Assembly: GCF_006345805.1 (NCBI RefSeq)
Contig: NC_042997.1
Location: 50,592,001-50,656,000, forward strand
DNA: 64,000 nucleotides
Reading direction: 5' to 3'
Source: Octopus sinensis
Taxonomy: Eukaryota
A model generated the notes under the pieces. That model was not told the DNA's origin. It saw only the letters and a program-made list of their open reading frames with translations, and ran no database searches. Of this stretch, positions 12,556-26,927 are shown one piece after another (position 1 is the first letter of the stretch; the number at the start of each line of letters is the position of its first letter). Both the position numbers and the translations under genes were made by a program.

Positions 12556-15500
12556 GTTTCTTTATTGGCCACACAGGGCTGCACACAGATGGGACAAGTT
12601 ACAAGGTAGAGCTTTTCTTTTGGGGTTGAAAAAAACAAAAAAACAAAAGAAAAAAAAGGGGGTGGCGTACGTTTTCGATCAAGAGGGATCGTAAAAGGGA
12701 AGAAAAGAACAAAAAAATAAATAAATAAATAAAAGAAAAAAGAAAAAAAGAAAAAAAAGAAAAGGAAAAGGAACAAAAGAAAAGAGAAATGAAAAAAGAA
12801 GAAAAAAGGGGAAGAGAAAAAAAAAACGATCAATAGGGATCGTGTATCACAGTGCTATGATATATGGTGTAAAGGGGAAAGCAAGTAAGGTTTATCCGTG
12901 GGAAGAAAAGCCTACGAAAAGGACCACGGTAACCTTGGTCAATATTGTTATATGTTACCACATTTGTTTGCAAGTGGGTAACCCTCTGTTCTCAATTTCT
13001 GGGTTCATAGGATTATGCTCAAGGTGGCTTCGTCATTCATACGTGCCATCCTTGCTACATTCACCCATCTTTTTTTAAAACATTCGCTAGACAAAACTTG
13101 CCTCTCTACTCTCACTTTCCTTTTCAAGTGGTACTTGAAGAAGTTGATGAGAGATTGACCAGAGAGGATAGTGTTTGTCTCCAATCCTTTCAGACGCGTC
13201 CTCCAGATACATTCTTTCGCCATAGCCACAAGGATGATGAAAATAGCTCTTCCTTCCCGTTTGAAGGAAGGAGGCGTGACAATATTGACGATAGATTCAG
13301 CTGATAAACCGACTCGTCCCACACGTGACAGCAGTTGTTCGACATAAGCCCACAGGTCGGAAATTGTTGGACACTGCACAAGTGCGTGCAGAACGGTTTC
13401 GTCGCTCTGGCCGCAACTCGGGCAGGTCGGGCCCGCGTTTCTCGAGCCGTGTCTGTAGAGCTTATCCCGAACGGGTAGCGCTTCTCGGTAGCATTGCCAG
13501 GCCAGGGATCTCTGGAAGTTATCCATAGGTCCCGGGCCCGAAAGTCGTCCTGAACAGGCGGATCACGTACTCCTCGTCGACGTCCAGGTTCGGTCATGGA
13601 GACGAGCTGTGGGAAAGCGTGCCTCACAAACGGCGACCACACCTGTTCACCGTCGTCTACATAGAGCCAGAGATGTCGCAGTCTCAGCGCGTGTCTGCGC
13701 ATCATCAACCACGGCATGCCCAGCTCTCCTTTTAACGGGTGTTGAAAGCAAATGGATCGCCTGACCATCGGGACGCATCCTTTCCACAAGAAGCGGAAGA
13801 GAATGCGTTCTAGTTTGGTGATGGTAGGGTCGGGACAAGGTACGACGGTCAGGCGGTAGTAGATGATGGATGCGATGTACGCGTTCGCCACCTCCGCCCG
13901 ACCATTTAGGGACAGTTTCCTCTCGGCCCATTGCTGGGCGAGAGTGACCACCCTACTCGTCCGGACCGAACCAGACCCCGAGCAACTCAACCGGGCCGTC
14001 GGTCCAGCGTACCACGACGGAGGCGCTGGTGGACGGCATGGGCTTGCTTCTCCAGGTGCCTAGTCGCAAACCCACTGACTTTTCCCGGTTGATTTTCGCT
14101 CCTGTCACCGCTTCGTAGTTTTTCAGTGTCTCGCCGACCTGCTCGATGTGCTCGTGGCTAGACACTATGACGGTGACGTCGTCCGCGTATGCAGACACGC
14201 TCGTCCCGCATCCCAGTTCTCGCGCGATGCCCCTCAAAGTTGCCAGCTTCCGCAATAATGGCTCGAGAGTCAATACGTGTAGAAGCGACGAGAGGGGGCA
14301 TCCCTGACGGACCGAACGTGCGATGTCGAAGGGCCTCGATAGATGTCCATTCACGCGAATTACCGAACGGATGCCTCTGTACAAAGCGGCTATCCAGCTG
14401 CGGAAGACGGGACCGAAGGCAGCCGCTCTGAGGACCGCCTCCAAGTAGTGATGGTCTACCCTATCGAAAGCTTTCGATTGATCCAAATTGATCAGCGCCC
14501 CACCCTTGCCAGGTTCGTTAACTACCCTGTCTATGATGTAGCGCATCAGGTGGAGGTTGTCATGGATGGTCCAGCCCGGCACGGCGCATGTTTGCGCCTT
14601 GTCGACCAGTTTCTTGATGACAAGCGCCAACCTCTTGGCTGGCACATTGGCCAAAATTTTCAAGTCTGCATTAAGCAGAGTGATGGGCCTAAAGTTATCT
14701 ATTACATTTCCCTTGTTTAGATCTTTCTTCAGCAGTGTTACGGCTCCTCGGCTCACAAAACCAGGAATGCTCCCGTTTTGCTGCCAGTTGCAGTACACCG
14801 CCGCCAAGAGATCTCCAAACAAGTCTGGCATACAATTGTAAAGCTCGTAGGGCAGACCATCCAAACCCGGTGATTTGTCCCTCGAGCATTCTGCCATCGC
14901 GTCCTGCACTTCCGCCGCCGTGATGGCACCTTCGCAGCACCCTGCCTTTCTTGTCGAGAGTCGTGGTAGGCTATGTAGGTAGGCACTGAAGTCCACCCTA
15001 CGTTCTTGCCCTCCCACTCGTCCCGAACAGTCGGGAAAAATGCTGCTGAAAGGCCTCACACATTTTACTTGGCTCGAGCAATTCGCGCCCCTGTTCATCT
15101 ACCAGGGACCGAATGGTGGCTTTGTTGCCCTGTTGCGCCTCTGCCACCCGGGCCTCTCTCGCGGCTCCAACACCTTCGTTCCTTAGAGCACGCATCCTAG
15201 CTCTGACAGCACATCCTTCGTGTTTGGCGTTGAAGTGTTGGTCGAGGGCCAACCTCGCCGCCAAAATGTCGGATGCGATGCCGCTTCTAATTGCCTCTTC
15301 TAGCTTCTTAACTAGCTCACCCTCTACTCTATTTCTACCTATGGCTAGTGCTTTGCTGTACCTAATCGCTTCTGCTTTTACTGCTCTCTTGAGGGCAAAC
15401 CACCATTTGTTGTTGATGATGGCTCCCGTCAAAGCCCTCTTTACTAGTGTGCTAATCCGGTCTCTGAAAACCTGTCTCGATGGAAAAGACGCGTTTAGTT

Positions 15501-17616
15501 TCCAGTATCCGGGACCCTGCCTAAGTGTCTTACCTAAGTCTAGTGTACATGTCACAAGTTTGTGATCCGTGTAGCTGACTATGTGGAATTGTGGACATCC
15601 TATGCTTTCTCTGTCTACTGTCCTACACAGTATCCTATCTAGATACGATCTCGACGACCCGATGCGGTTGCTCCATGTCCACGTTGGCGCATTCGGGTGG
15701 TCTAGTCGGAACTTGTCAGACAGTTGAAAGCGTCTGAGCAGGTCTCTGAGGCATTTGCATCCCCGTCTATTCCTATCTCTACCCACATAGTCTACATGCG
15801 TGTCCAAGGTAGCATTCCAATCCCACACTAAGAGTAAAGGACGAGACGTTCCCAAGAATACTTCTAGACGTTGAAAGAAATCCGCCCGACCTCTTAAGGG
15901 CGGTGCGTAGACTGATACGAGTCGAAAAGCGCACCCATTGCTGCCGTCGACATCCAGGACGACCAGTCTACCCTCCGGGTCTATGAATATTGTCCTTACT
16001 TTGAGATCCAGACTCTTGCGAAAAAGTACCGCGGTGCCACTACCGCGCATTCTCGGCAGACAGGGGGAAAAATAAATGTTGAACTGTCCGCCAAACATGG
16101 TCTTTAGGGCCCGCGGATTGTGGAGTCTGGTCTCACTTATGGCTACGATTTCTAACTCATGTGACTTTATGTCATTTAAGAGGTACCCTTGTTTCTAAGC
16201 CACGCGCATTTACACAACCAATCTTGATCATAATCCTAATGAATTAGAATACAAGTGAAAGGAACAGAGGGTTACTTACTGCTCGAAAGTTTTTGCTTTC
16301 TCCTCCTTCGGTTTGTCCTCGAGGAGATCCCAGTACAGTTTCTTTGTGAGATATTTTTGGCATTTACCAACCGCACTGGGGAAAATGCCTTTGAGTGTGT
16401 GGTGCAGACTTTGGGAGATGTGTAATATTTTGATGTGGTCTGGTGGTGTTGTGTATGGGTGATTGTTTGTTTTTATGTCATCTTCTGTTATGTTTGTTTT
16501 TGATTGGATGTATTCCATCAAATTTGTGTTTTTGGTGTCTATAGCTGTGAGCATGTTTGCTGTATATATTTTTGTGGTGATGGTGTGGCTGTTGTTTGTG
16601 TTGGGTTTTGAAATGTCTTCGGGAGATGTATTTCCCCCTGCTTTGTTCGTGTTTGCATTTGGTTTGGTTGTGTTTCTGCTCTTTATTTTCCTTCTTTTTG
16701 TAGCTATTTGCCATTCCTCACTGGTTTCGTCTTCCGACGAAATTTCTGAGGAATCAGTAGGGGGTAGGGGTATGTTGTAGGGTTCTATGTATGTCTGTGT
16801 AAGTGGTTGTGTTGTTGTTTTCGTTGTTGTTGTTGGTTGTTGAGTGTTTGTGTGTGTTGAGTGCGGTATAAGGGATGGGGGATCAGTTTTTATGAGTTTT
16901 CTTTGTTTTCCTGTTCCTTTGGTTCTTGCTGTTGTTGGTGGTGTTGGTATTTTTTCAGGTGTCGAGTGGTTTTTGGTTGATGACGGATTAGCTTGGTGTG
17001 CTTCTCTTGTCGTCTTCTGTGTTGATGGTGGTGTGGGTAGTAGAGCTTTTTTTTCGGAGTGCTTTGGTTGTGGTAGTGGTTGTTGTTGTTGCTCTTGGTG
17101 TGCAGTGGTTGGGCACGTCTTTTTCAAGTGTGTTTCGCTTCCACACAAATAGCAGCGTGGTCGCCTGCCCTCTACCACTACATAGAGTTTGTAGCCTCCT
17201 GGCAGTTCTATAGTGGTGGGTATCTTCTCTCTTGCTGCTTCATCCAATTGAAGAAGGAATTCGATTGATTTTCCCACATAGTCTTTCTCTCCTAGAACAG
17301 CGATTTCAAGGATGTTTGTCTCTGACATTGTCTCTGTCATTTCAAAGCAGATGGCAGAGACTAACCATTGTGTTTCGACTTCAAGGGGTACATTTTTTAT
17401 TTGGACTTTCGTTACTCTCTTGTTTAAATAGACTAGTATCTTTACCAAGTCGTCCGAATGCAGCTCCAATGTGGAAAAACGTTTTGCTAAATTTTCGTTG
17501 AGGAAACGTACTTGGACTGTACCAAATTTATTTCCCCAACTGATATATTCCTTGGAGTCCCATGCAGGACGAAGGCATTTTTCAATTTTTTCCTGCGGTG
17601 CATTTTCTGGTCGTCT
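12555..17616 (-). mobile_element. Tx1-type (L1 clade) non-LTR retrotransposon, copy 1; near full length, truncated within the ORF1 N-terminus
   Basis: ORF1 has a CCHC knuckle; ORF2 has APE, RT and a C-terminal zinc finger; the 3' UTR ends AATAAAGAAAC; (TATC)n lies on both sides. Confidence 0.95.
13005..16231 (-). pseudogene. Tx1 ORF2 (APE endonuclease, reverse transcriptase, zf-RVT-like), disrupted
   Basis: Starts MIKIGCVNARGL at 16231. Motifs: AISETR, VSVYAP, YLDRIL, TDHKLV, SPGLDGLPYE, DQSKAFDRVDH, RQGCPLS, YADDVT, CPSC..ETVLHALVQC. Frameshifts near 16190 and 15015; deletions near 13959 and 13590. Confidence 0.95.

Positions 17617-17619
<3 letters not shown>
16276..17619 (-). CDS. Tx1 ORF1 (RRM-like region, CCHC zinc knuckle, T/Q/P-rich tail); start codon lost
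   Basis: CYLCGSETHLKKTC fits Cx2Cx4Hx4C. The frame stays open for 50 codons upstream of the ORF-track start (LRRPENAPQEKIEKCL..KFGTVQVRF) up to the microsatellite junction, with no ATG. Confidence 0.85.
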
Positions 17620-17695
<76 letters not shown>

Positions 17696-17765
17696 GTATG
17701 TATGTTTGTATGTATGTATGTATGTATGTAGGTAGGTAGGTAGGTAGGTAGAAAGACAGAGAGAT

Positions 17766-17836
<71 letters not shown>

Positions 17837-17852
17837 AGAAAGAAAGAGAGGT

Positions 17853-17902
<50 letters not shown>

Positions 17903-17905
17903 GAA
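17617..17905. repeat. (GATA)n array (17617-17694) at the 5' junction of Tx1 copy 1, then (TATG)n, (GGTA)n and (GAAA)n
   Basis: Direct reading. Confidence 0.95.
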
Positions 17906-18740
17906 GAACGAAAGAAAGAAAGAGCGATTACAATTTATCTATGGGAACCGATTGACACAAAAACCTTTCACTATCCATCATATTGTTATAGTGAAGCAGA
18001 AACTTAAATGCAGTTTAGTAGTTGAGTAATTTAGTAATTGTAAATAACAATTTAGTTGTCAACTAAAGTAAAAACAAAATTTTCCCGGTGCCAAAAATGA
18101 TCGCCAGGACAAAATGTCTGATTTCGAATAAGTCAGCGTCGAATCGGCAACGCCATAATGGCAGAGACAAAACCACTTCGCCAAAGCGTATCTGTCCACT
18201 GAATTAGCATGTAAGTGGCTGAATACTCTCCAGGCATGTTCACACCCTTTAGTGCAGTCCCCAACCTGGTTAAAATCAGTACAGTGCAGTATATGGTAAG
18301 ACCGGAACTTTAAATTGCGTTTTAATCTATCAATTGAAAGGTCTTCCGTACCGTTTCACTCTCTCCAGTTTCAAGTACAAAGCTCCGATCCACCCAAAGC
18401 TAGAATAAAAGATATTTGCCATAAGCCAGGTCCTTGTTACTTTTAGGTTACCCGCTTAATTCGCCCAAACTGCTACCACTCTTATACATACATGCTGATA
18501 CACACGCCGTACACACACCGACCTACACACACGCATATATTCATCCTAGTTCATGCAATTTGTTCCTTCTAATTTCTCTTTTCTTCTATATTTAACTTAT
18601 ATCTCTGTTGTTCTCATTTTCCTTTTCATCACCTCCCTCTTTCTTCTTGCTTTCCTTCGACAGTTGTTTTATAATATTTCATTCCTTCTACTTTTGTCCC
18701 CTATATTGTTCCTATCACTTATAAAAATACGAAAACAACA

Positions 18741-18742
<2 letters not shown>

Positions 18743-18771
<29 letters not shown>

Positions 18772-18827
18772 CTTCTTCTTCTTCTTCTTCTTCTTCTTCT
18801 TCTTCTTCTTCTTCTTCTTCTTCTTCT
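18743..18827. repeat. (CTT)n trinucleotide repeat
   Basis: Direct reading. Confidence 0.95.
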
Positions 18828-18865
18828 ATATGTATATGTGTGTGTGTTTGTGTGTATATATATAC

Positions 18866-18901
<36 letters not shown>

Positions 18902-18952
18902 ATGTGAGTATATATATAAATATATATATATATAATATATATATATATATAC

Positions 18953-18993
<41 letters not shown>

Positions 18994-19010
18994 TTAATAT
19001 AAATAATATA

Positions 19011-21115
<2,105 letters not shown>

Positions 21116-21859
21116 ATATATAAAGGAATAAATAAAACCTGTAGAAATCAACTATATTCATCCTTTTAACAGTTTTAACCAAGACCAAAGCAACACATCC
21201 TTGCAATATAAGCAACGACCACTAGCACGATAGATGGACTATTGACTTGAAGAAAGCAACAAGCTACAAGCTACAAGCTACAAATACAATAACACGAAGC
21301 TCTATATTTCCAGTGCAACAACATAACAGAACGATGAATCTATTTATAACATTCCACAAGTATTACCATATGCCGCTGCTGCTGCTGCTGGTGCTTGCAC
21401 ATTATTTCTAAAAATCACTGGACATGATGTCTATTAATATCTTAAGCTGTCTGAAAAGTGCGTGGGCAAAAAAAAAGTAAATATATAAATAAATAAATGA
21501 ATAAATAAATAAAATTATTAGTATCCACATAATGATATTCCGAACATGTGGCTGAACATGTGGGAAAAACATGTGATGAATGTTGTGTACACGAAGAAGA
21601 GCGTGAGATGAGTGTGGGCGGTTGGGGTAGTGGGTCGGAGAGGACCTAGGCGGTGGGGACGCAAGAAAGACACGTGACTGATTGCAATATCCACGATGCA
21701 AATATATTAATGTGCTACTCGTCTACTCCCTCACTACTGACGTTATATATATATATGTGTATATATATGTGTGTGTGGTGTGTGTGTGTGTAAGTATGTA
21801 TAATGTAAACAGTCGTCTATTTTTCTCTATATGTATCTATCTATCTTTACCTCTCTCTA

Positions 21860-21960
21860 TTCTTTATGTTTCCGACGAAGTCCGTCGAAACGTCATACCT
21901 CCCTGCTCCATCTCCTGAGCGCCTATTATAATAATACTGTAATTGTTCCTGTTGTTGTTG
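21860..21960 (+). mobile_element. Penelope-type terminal-repeat remnant with a decayed hammerhead-like motif
   Basis: CCGACGAAGTCCGTCGAAACGTC followed by CTGAGCGC..TAATA, as in the repeat at 39745-39950. Confidence 0.5.
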
Positions 21961-21982
21961 TTTTTTTGTTCCCTTTTGTATT

Positions 21983-22035
<53 letters not shown>

Positions 22036-22287
22036 GTTATATATATTATATATATTCATATATATATATATATACATATATGTATATATGTATATAAATA
22101 TATATGTATATTATATATGTTATATATATGTTGTAGATATATATATCTATATATATATGTGTGGTATAATATATATATATATGTAAGTATGTATATATAT
22201 ATATTAGGTATATATATATATACACACATATATATTATATATACATATATTATACATATATATATCATACATATATATATATATATC

Positions 22288-22320
<33 letters not shown>

Positions 22321-22434
22321 GCAAACATACACATGCACACGAATATATATCTACATATTCATACACACCACGCACACATATTTAAACATACATATATGCG
22401 TGTATACAGATGTGTACATAGATCTATCTACCTA

Positions 22435-22465
<31 letters not shown>

Positions 22466-23210
22466 CTATCTATCTATTTATTTGTCTGTCTGTCTATCTG
22501 TATGTATGTATGGTATGTATGTATGTATGTATGTATGTATGTATGTATGTATGTATGTATGTATGTATGTATGTATGTATGTATGTATGTATGTATGTAT
22601 GTATGTATGTATGTATCTGTACATGTATGCGTGGGTCTGAGTACAAATATTTCTCCATGGGTGTGTGTGAATATGATGTATGAGTTGCTTATTTTCCAAC
22701 TGAAATTTTATTTTTCAATAATTGTGACGTACAGTTCATTTCCCAAAACATGTTAGTGACGTATACAGTAAAGTAATCAAAAGATATAAATATATCCGTT
22801 TATAAATAATGCATCAATACTTTGATAGTGTTCTATATTTAATTCTACGTATCTAAGTATGGATTCGTCTGTCCATCTACACGCACATGCGTACAATGAT
22901 GTATTCATACATATATACCATACTTGTGTGTGTGTGTGTGTATGTGTGTGTGTGTGTGTGTGTGAGTCTATGTATGTGGGTGTGTGCGTATATGTAAACA
23001 TATTGTTTAAATATGCACGTGTTTGTGTGTGTTCAAGTGTGTATATGTGTGTTCATATGTGCATATATACATACAAACACATTTATGATATATATGCATG
23101 TATAAATAAATTCCCATACAGGCACGTGTACACGCACACTCATATATAAAATATACACACACACACACACACACACGCACACTCATATATAAAATATACA
23201 TAGATACGCA

Positions 23211-23242
<32 letters not shown>

Positions 23243-23614
23243 TACATATATCAAGAGGGAATTTTTTATTGCGAATATTAATAGACAGGAAAATATATAT
23301 TACTGCTAATTTTATCGATCACACGGGGGATTAAGGGATTATTAAGGGCTAGGTCGAACTCGGCGCGAATGTAACTCCAAACCCAGAGAGACATTACTAA
23401 ACGCAGCTAAACATTTCATTCTGAGGATTAACTGTCTCAGTCATATTAAGGCTTATGTGCGTACACGTGTGTGTATGTATGCGTGTGTGAAGAGGTAACT
23501 ATAAATAATCCATACAGTCAGACGCGTGCACGCATACACACCCACGAACACACACAAACCTTCACACATACACATATATACACATACACATAAAAATATA
23601 CGTACATACATATA

Positions 23615-24305
23615 TCTCTCTATATATATAAAACTGAGAATGTGTGTCTGTCTGTCTGTCTGTTGTGTGTTTCCCTAAAACTTAAGAACTACACAACCAA
23701 TTTCATTCAAATTTTACACATGCCTTACTTAGGGTCCGGGGAGTGTCATCGGCAAAAAGTTTAACTTTTTGCCTAGGGCAGAGCCCACAGCAGTATCATA
23801 TCTTCTCCATTACGATTCCCTAAAACATGAGAACTACACAATCAATTTCATTCAAATTTTACACATGCCTTACTTAGGGTCCATGTAGTTTCATTGGCAA
23901 AAAATGTTCAGTTTCTTGCCTAGGGCGAGCCCATAGCAATATCATATCTTCTCCACTATTTCAGTATTACGTGTTAAAAGTGAAACAAAAACATTTCTCT
24001 ATTTTATGTCAGATACTTTCACTTTAATAAAAATTAGAGATTATAATAACAATTGAATTATATGTAATAAGTAATAATTAAAATCAAACTAAAGTATAAT
24101 ATAATAATTAAATCGTAACATAACAAAAGTAAAAATAGTAATTGGTATAAAATTGTATCAATGACTTGAACTTGAATAAGTGGTTTCACATGAATGGGAA
24201 TAAATTAAAAATGAAATTAGTGTGCAGAAATGGAATAGTCCAAATGGAGCTGTGCACATGCCCTTTACCACGGCTTTTATATTAGATTATCTGCTAATTA
24301 ACTAG
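23615..24305 (+). mobile_element. Helitron-like non-autonomous element with (GTCT)n and an internal 145-bp tandem duplication; 3' end uncertain
   Basis: 5' TCTCTCTATATATATAAAACTGAG; units 23671-23815 and 23816-23955; no clear 3' hairpin. Confidence 0.6.
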
Positions 24306-24399
24306 CATTAAGTATCTATATGAAATTTGGCTGTATGTAATGTCTGTTTTCTCGAACAGCCGCTTCTACTGAGTACTGCTGTTGATTTATTTCTTATAC

Positions 24400-25200
24400 A
24401 TAAAGGACTATAGCTCCAACTGCGTACTGCTTTTTGATTCACCGTAAGGTTTGTTGCTATTATTATTTGTGTTTATTGTTATCACGTTTGTTGGTTCCTC
24501 GTAAGGGAAACGCTGTTGTGTTACATTTGTTAAATAATTGTAAACCGTAACCCTCCCCCTTTGGGAGAAGGGGCTTTGGTTATTGTTTAAAAATTGAATT
24601 GTGTCCCTGTTTGGGGAAATTAACAATATTTTCACCGTTTATACGGAAGCATTTTGTTAGAATGCCTTCGATAGAAGAAAGTCCAAAAGTGAATTTCGCT
24701 GCAGCCGTCGGCGGGCGCGAACTCATTAAAATTAAATTGGAAGAAATACAAACCTATTTCGAATTGATCACCGACAAAGACGGTGAATCTAGCATAACAC
24801 CACTAAACGAAATAAAAAATTAAAGTAAAGAAAAGACTATTGTCTATAAATATACAATGTAGAGAAAAAAAAAGATTTGAACACCTGGAGAAAAGCACCA
24901 TCGAAAAGTGTCTTGGTGCGACTATGAAAGATATCTAACCAGAGGCGGTAAATTCGCCACAATAGAAGCAAGGTTCGAGTCAACGGAGCGTGCAAGGGAG
25001 CACTCGACTCGAACCTTGCAAAGTGGAAATATTTTATTTTTACCTTTATATCTGGGACGTAGGACGTCCCGGATAAAAATTTAAAATGTCCCCCCAGAAG
25101 TAGAGGTAGGCTGGATTGTAGCCACACTTCTATACAAGAGGGAGGACAAGATACAATTGATCGAAATTGCTAGAGATGGATCTACAATTCCAGTCCGTCA
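24400..25200 (+). mobile_element. 5' end (5' UTR and degraded ORF1 N-terminus) of a second Tx1-type family
   Basis: ATG at 24662 (MPSIEESPKVNFAAAVGG). Across stops and shifts it reads STIEKCLG..GGKFATIEARF..LYLGRRTSRIKI*NVPPEVEVGWIV, aligning with copy-1 ORF1 KIEKCLR..GNKFGTVQVRF..VYLNKRVTKVQIKNVPLEVETQWLV. Confidence 0.8.
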
Positions 25201-25495
25201 TATGTTTTGAGTATTGTTATCACTAGCGAATTCAAGATATAACTTTGTATTTTGTATTTTATGTGTAGATGTATATATATAGATGTACATGTGTACATGT
25301 AATATGTACACATATATATATATATATACATATATACATGCACTAGCACTATGACCTGGCAACGACGGGTCATAATGCTAGTAGATTTATATTTATATAC
25401 ACACAAATCTTTCTCTCTCTCTCTCATCCCTCTCTCAATCTATCTCTCTCTCTACACACATGTATATATATGTGTGGGTGTATCTTTGTAAGTAT

Positions 25496-25691
25496 CGTAT
25501 CAGGACAATTACCCTTCATAGAACAATCCCTCCACTCCCGACAACTACCCTCTAGAACAATTACCCCTCTTGGTCAATTACACCCCACTCCATTATTTTA
25601 AGAAGTTTTAAATCATCATCTGTTGTCCTCAGGGGTAGTTGTCTTTGGGGTGGTTATTGTCCACGGGGAGAAGGTAAATGTCCTAGGCTCG
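25496..25691. mobile_element. MITE-like element with arrays of short subterminal inverted repeats
   Basis: GGACAATTACCC-like motif about four times on the left; its complement (GGGTAGTTGTC, GGTTATTGTCC, GGTAAATGTCC) on the right. Confidence 0.65.
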
Positions 25692-25726
25692 TATGTATGT
25701 ATGTATGTATGTATGTATGTATGTAT

Positions 25727-26697
25727 GTAGGGAGAATTCACAACAACAAAAAAACAAAAGATGAAGACAGGAGGTGTAGAGAACAAACAGATGTATTAGT
25801 ATTTTTAATTTTCACCTTAAAAGCTGTCAGATAAAAGGAGGAAAGGAGGGGAGTCAGTTAAGGAGGAGAGAGGACTTGATCCCATTGGGCGCAAAGGAAC
25901 GAAGAGAGAATATTAATTCCTGTTCACGGCGAAGGCAGGAGTCCGGATGGTCCCTGTGCAAAGACAATCCAAGCACAGACATGTGTTGTAATGAATGACC
26001 GGTAGAGCGGAAATGGCACGAGACCGGGGTGTCATTGCCGCGTTTAATATCTTTGAGGTATTTGCGAACCGGTCAGCCAAGCGACGTCCCGTTTGACCTA
26101 TGTACAGAGAAGGGCAGAAAAAACAGGAGATGCAGTAAATGACGTTGCGAGAAGTGCAGGTAAAGGAGTCAGTGATATTATAGGAATGATGATGGGCGCC
26201 TGTGAGGATGGTGGTGTTGATGATGTAGGGGCATGTACAGCAGCGTGAGCGGGAGCAGGAGAACGAGCCAGGTTGGGAGGTGAGTTGGGGAAAAAACTGT
26301 GGACCAGCAGGTCATGTAGTTTGTGAGCTCGTTTGTAGGAGGGAAGGGGTAGGTTGGGGAAGGTGTGCGTAGTAGAGGATGTGCGGAAGGCTCGGAGAAT
26401 GGCGCGTTGGAGGGACAGAGTGGAGGGATGGTAGGTGAGGGGAACGGGAGATGGGCAACGACGGGGCGGGTGCAAGGAGAGAGATCAGAGGTACGGTCCA
26501 GAAGAACGTGCTCTGGCAAGTGCTGTATAGATAGTGATGAGGGGATATCCACGAAGGGTGAAGTGGTGAGCCATGAGATGAAACTGAGTCTCAAACTCAT
26601 GGTTGTCACTGCAGAGCCTGTACAGACGGAGGATGTGGGAGTAGGGGATGGAGAGCATGGTGTGGGTAGGGTGAGAGGAGAGGAAGTTGTTATATGT
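25727..26697 (-). mobile_element. Penelope-like element 3' fragment: RT thumb, Cys-rich linker, GIY-YIG endonuclease and partial terminal repeat
   Basis: SHPTHTMLSIPYSHILRLYRLCSD..RGYP; SCSRSRCCTCPYI; NVIYCISCFFCPSLYIGQTGRRLADRF; CLRREQELIFSL. Frameshifted. Confidence 0.9.
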
Positions 26698-26708
26698 ACA
26701 TACACACA

Positions 26709-26748
<40 letters not shown>

Positions 26749-26759
26749 GTCGCTAGCCA

Positions 26760-26927
26760 CTACACATTTTTATTTTCTCTCCATGTTTCTCTCTATGTTC
26801 CTTTCTGTGGAAGGGCGTAGCCTCGAAACGTTAAAGACTTTTTCATTTACCGAGCGTTAAACTGATGCATCTGCTTGTTGTCTACACCACAAATCTTCGT
26901 CTTTTGTTTTTTTGTTATTTCTCCTCC

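Noticed and set aside
13098-17501. Additional short and antisense ORFs overlapping the Tx1 element
   Set aside because: Shadow ORFs of GC-rich or low-complexity coding sequence, with no recognisable motifs.
24400-25200. Hairpin-rich region as a structured ncRNA, IRES or viral relic (14-bp stem GCAAGGTTCGAGTC/GACTCGAACCTTGC at 24968-25019)
   Set aside because: The same bases translate into a Tx1 ORF1 homologue, which explains the region more simply.
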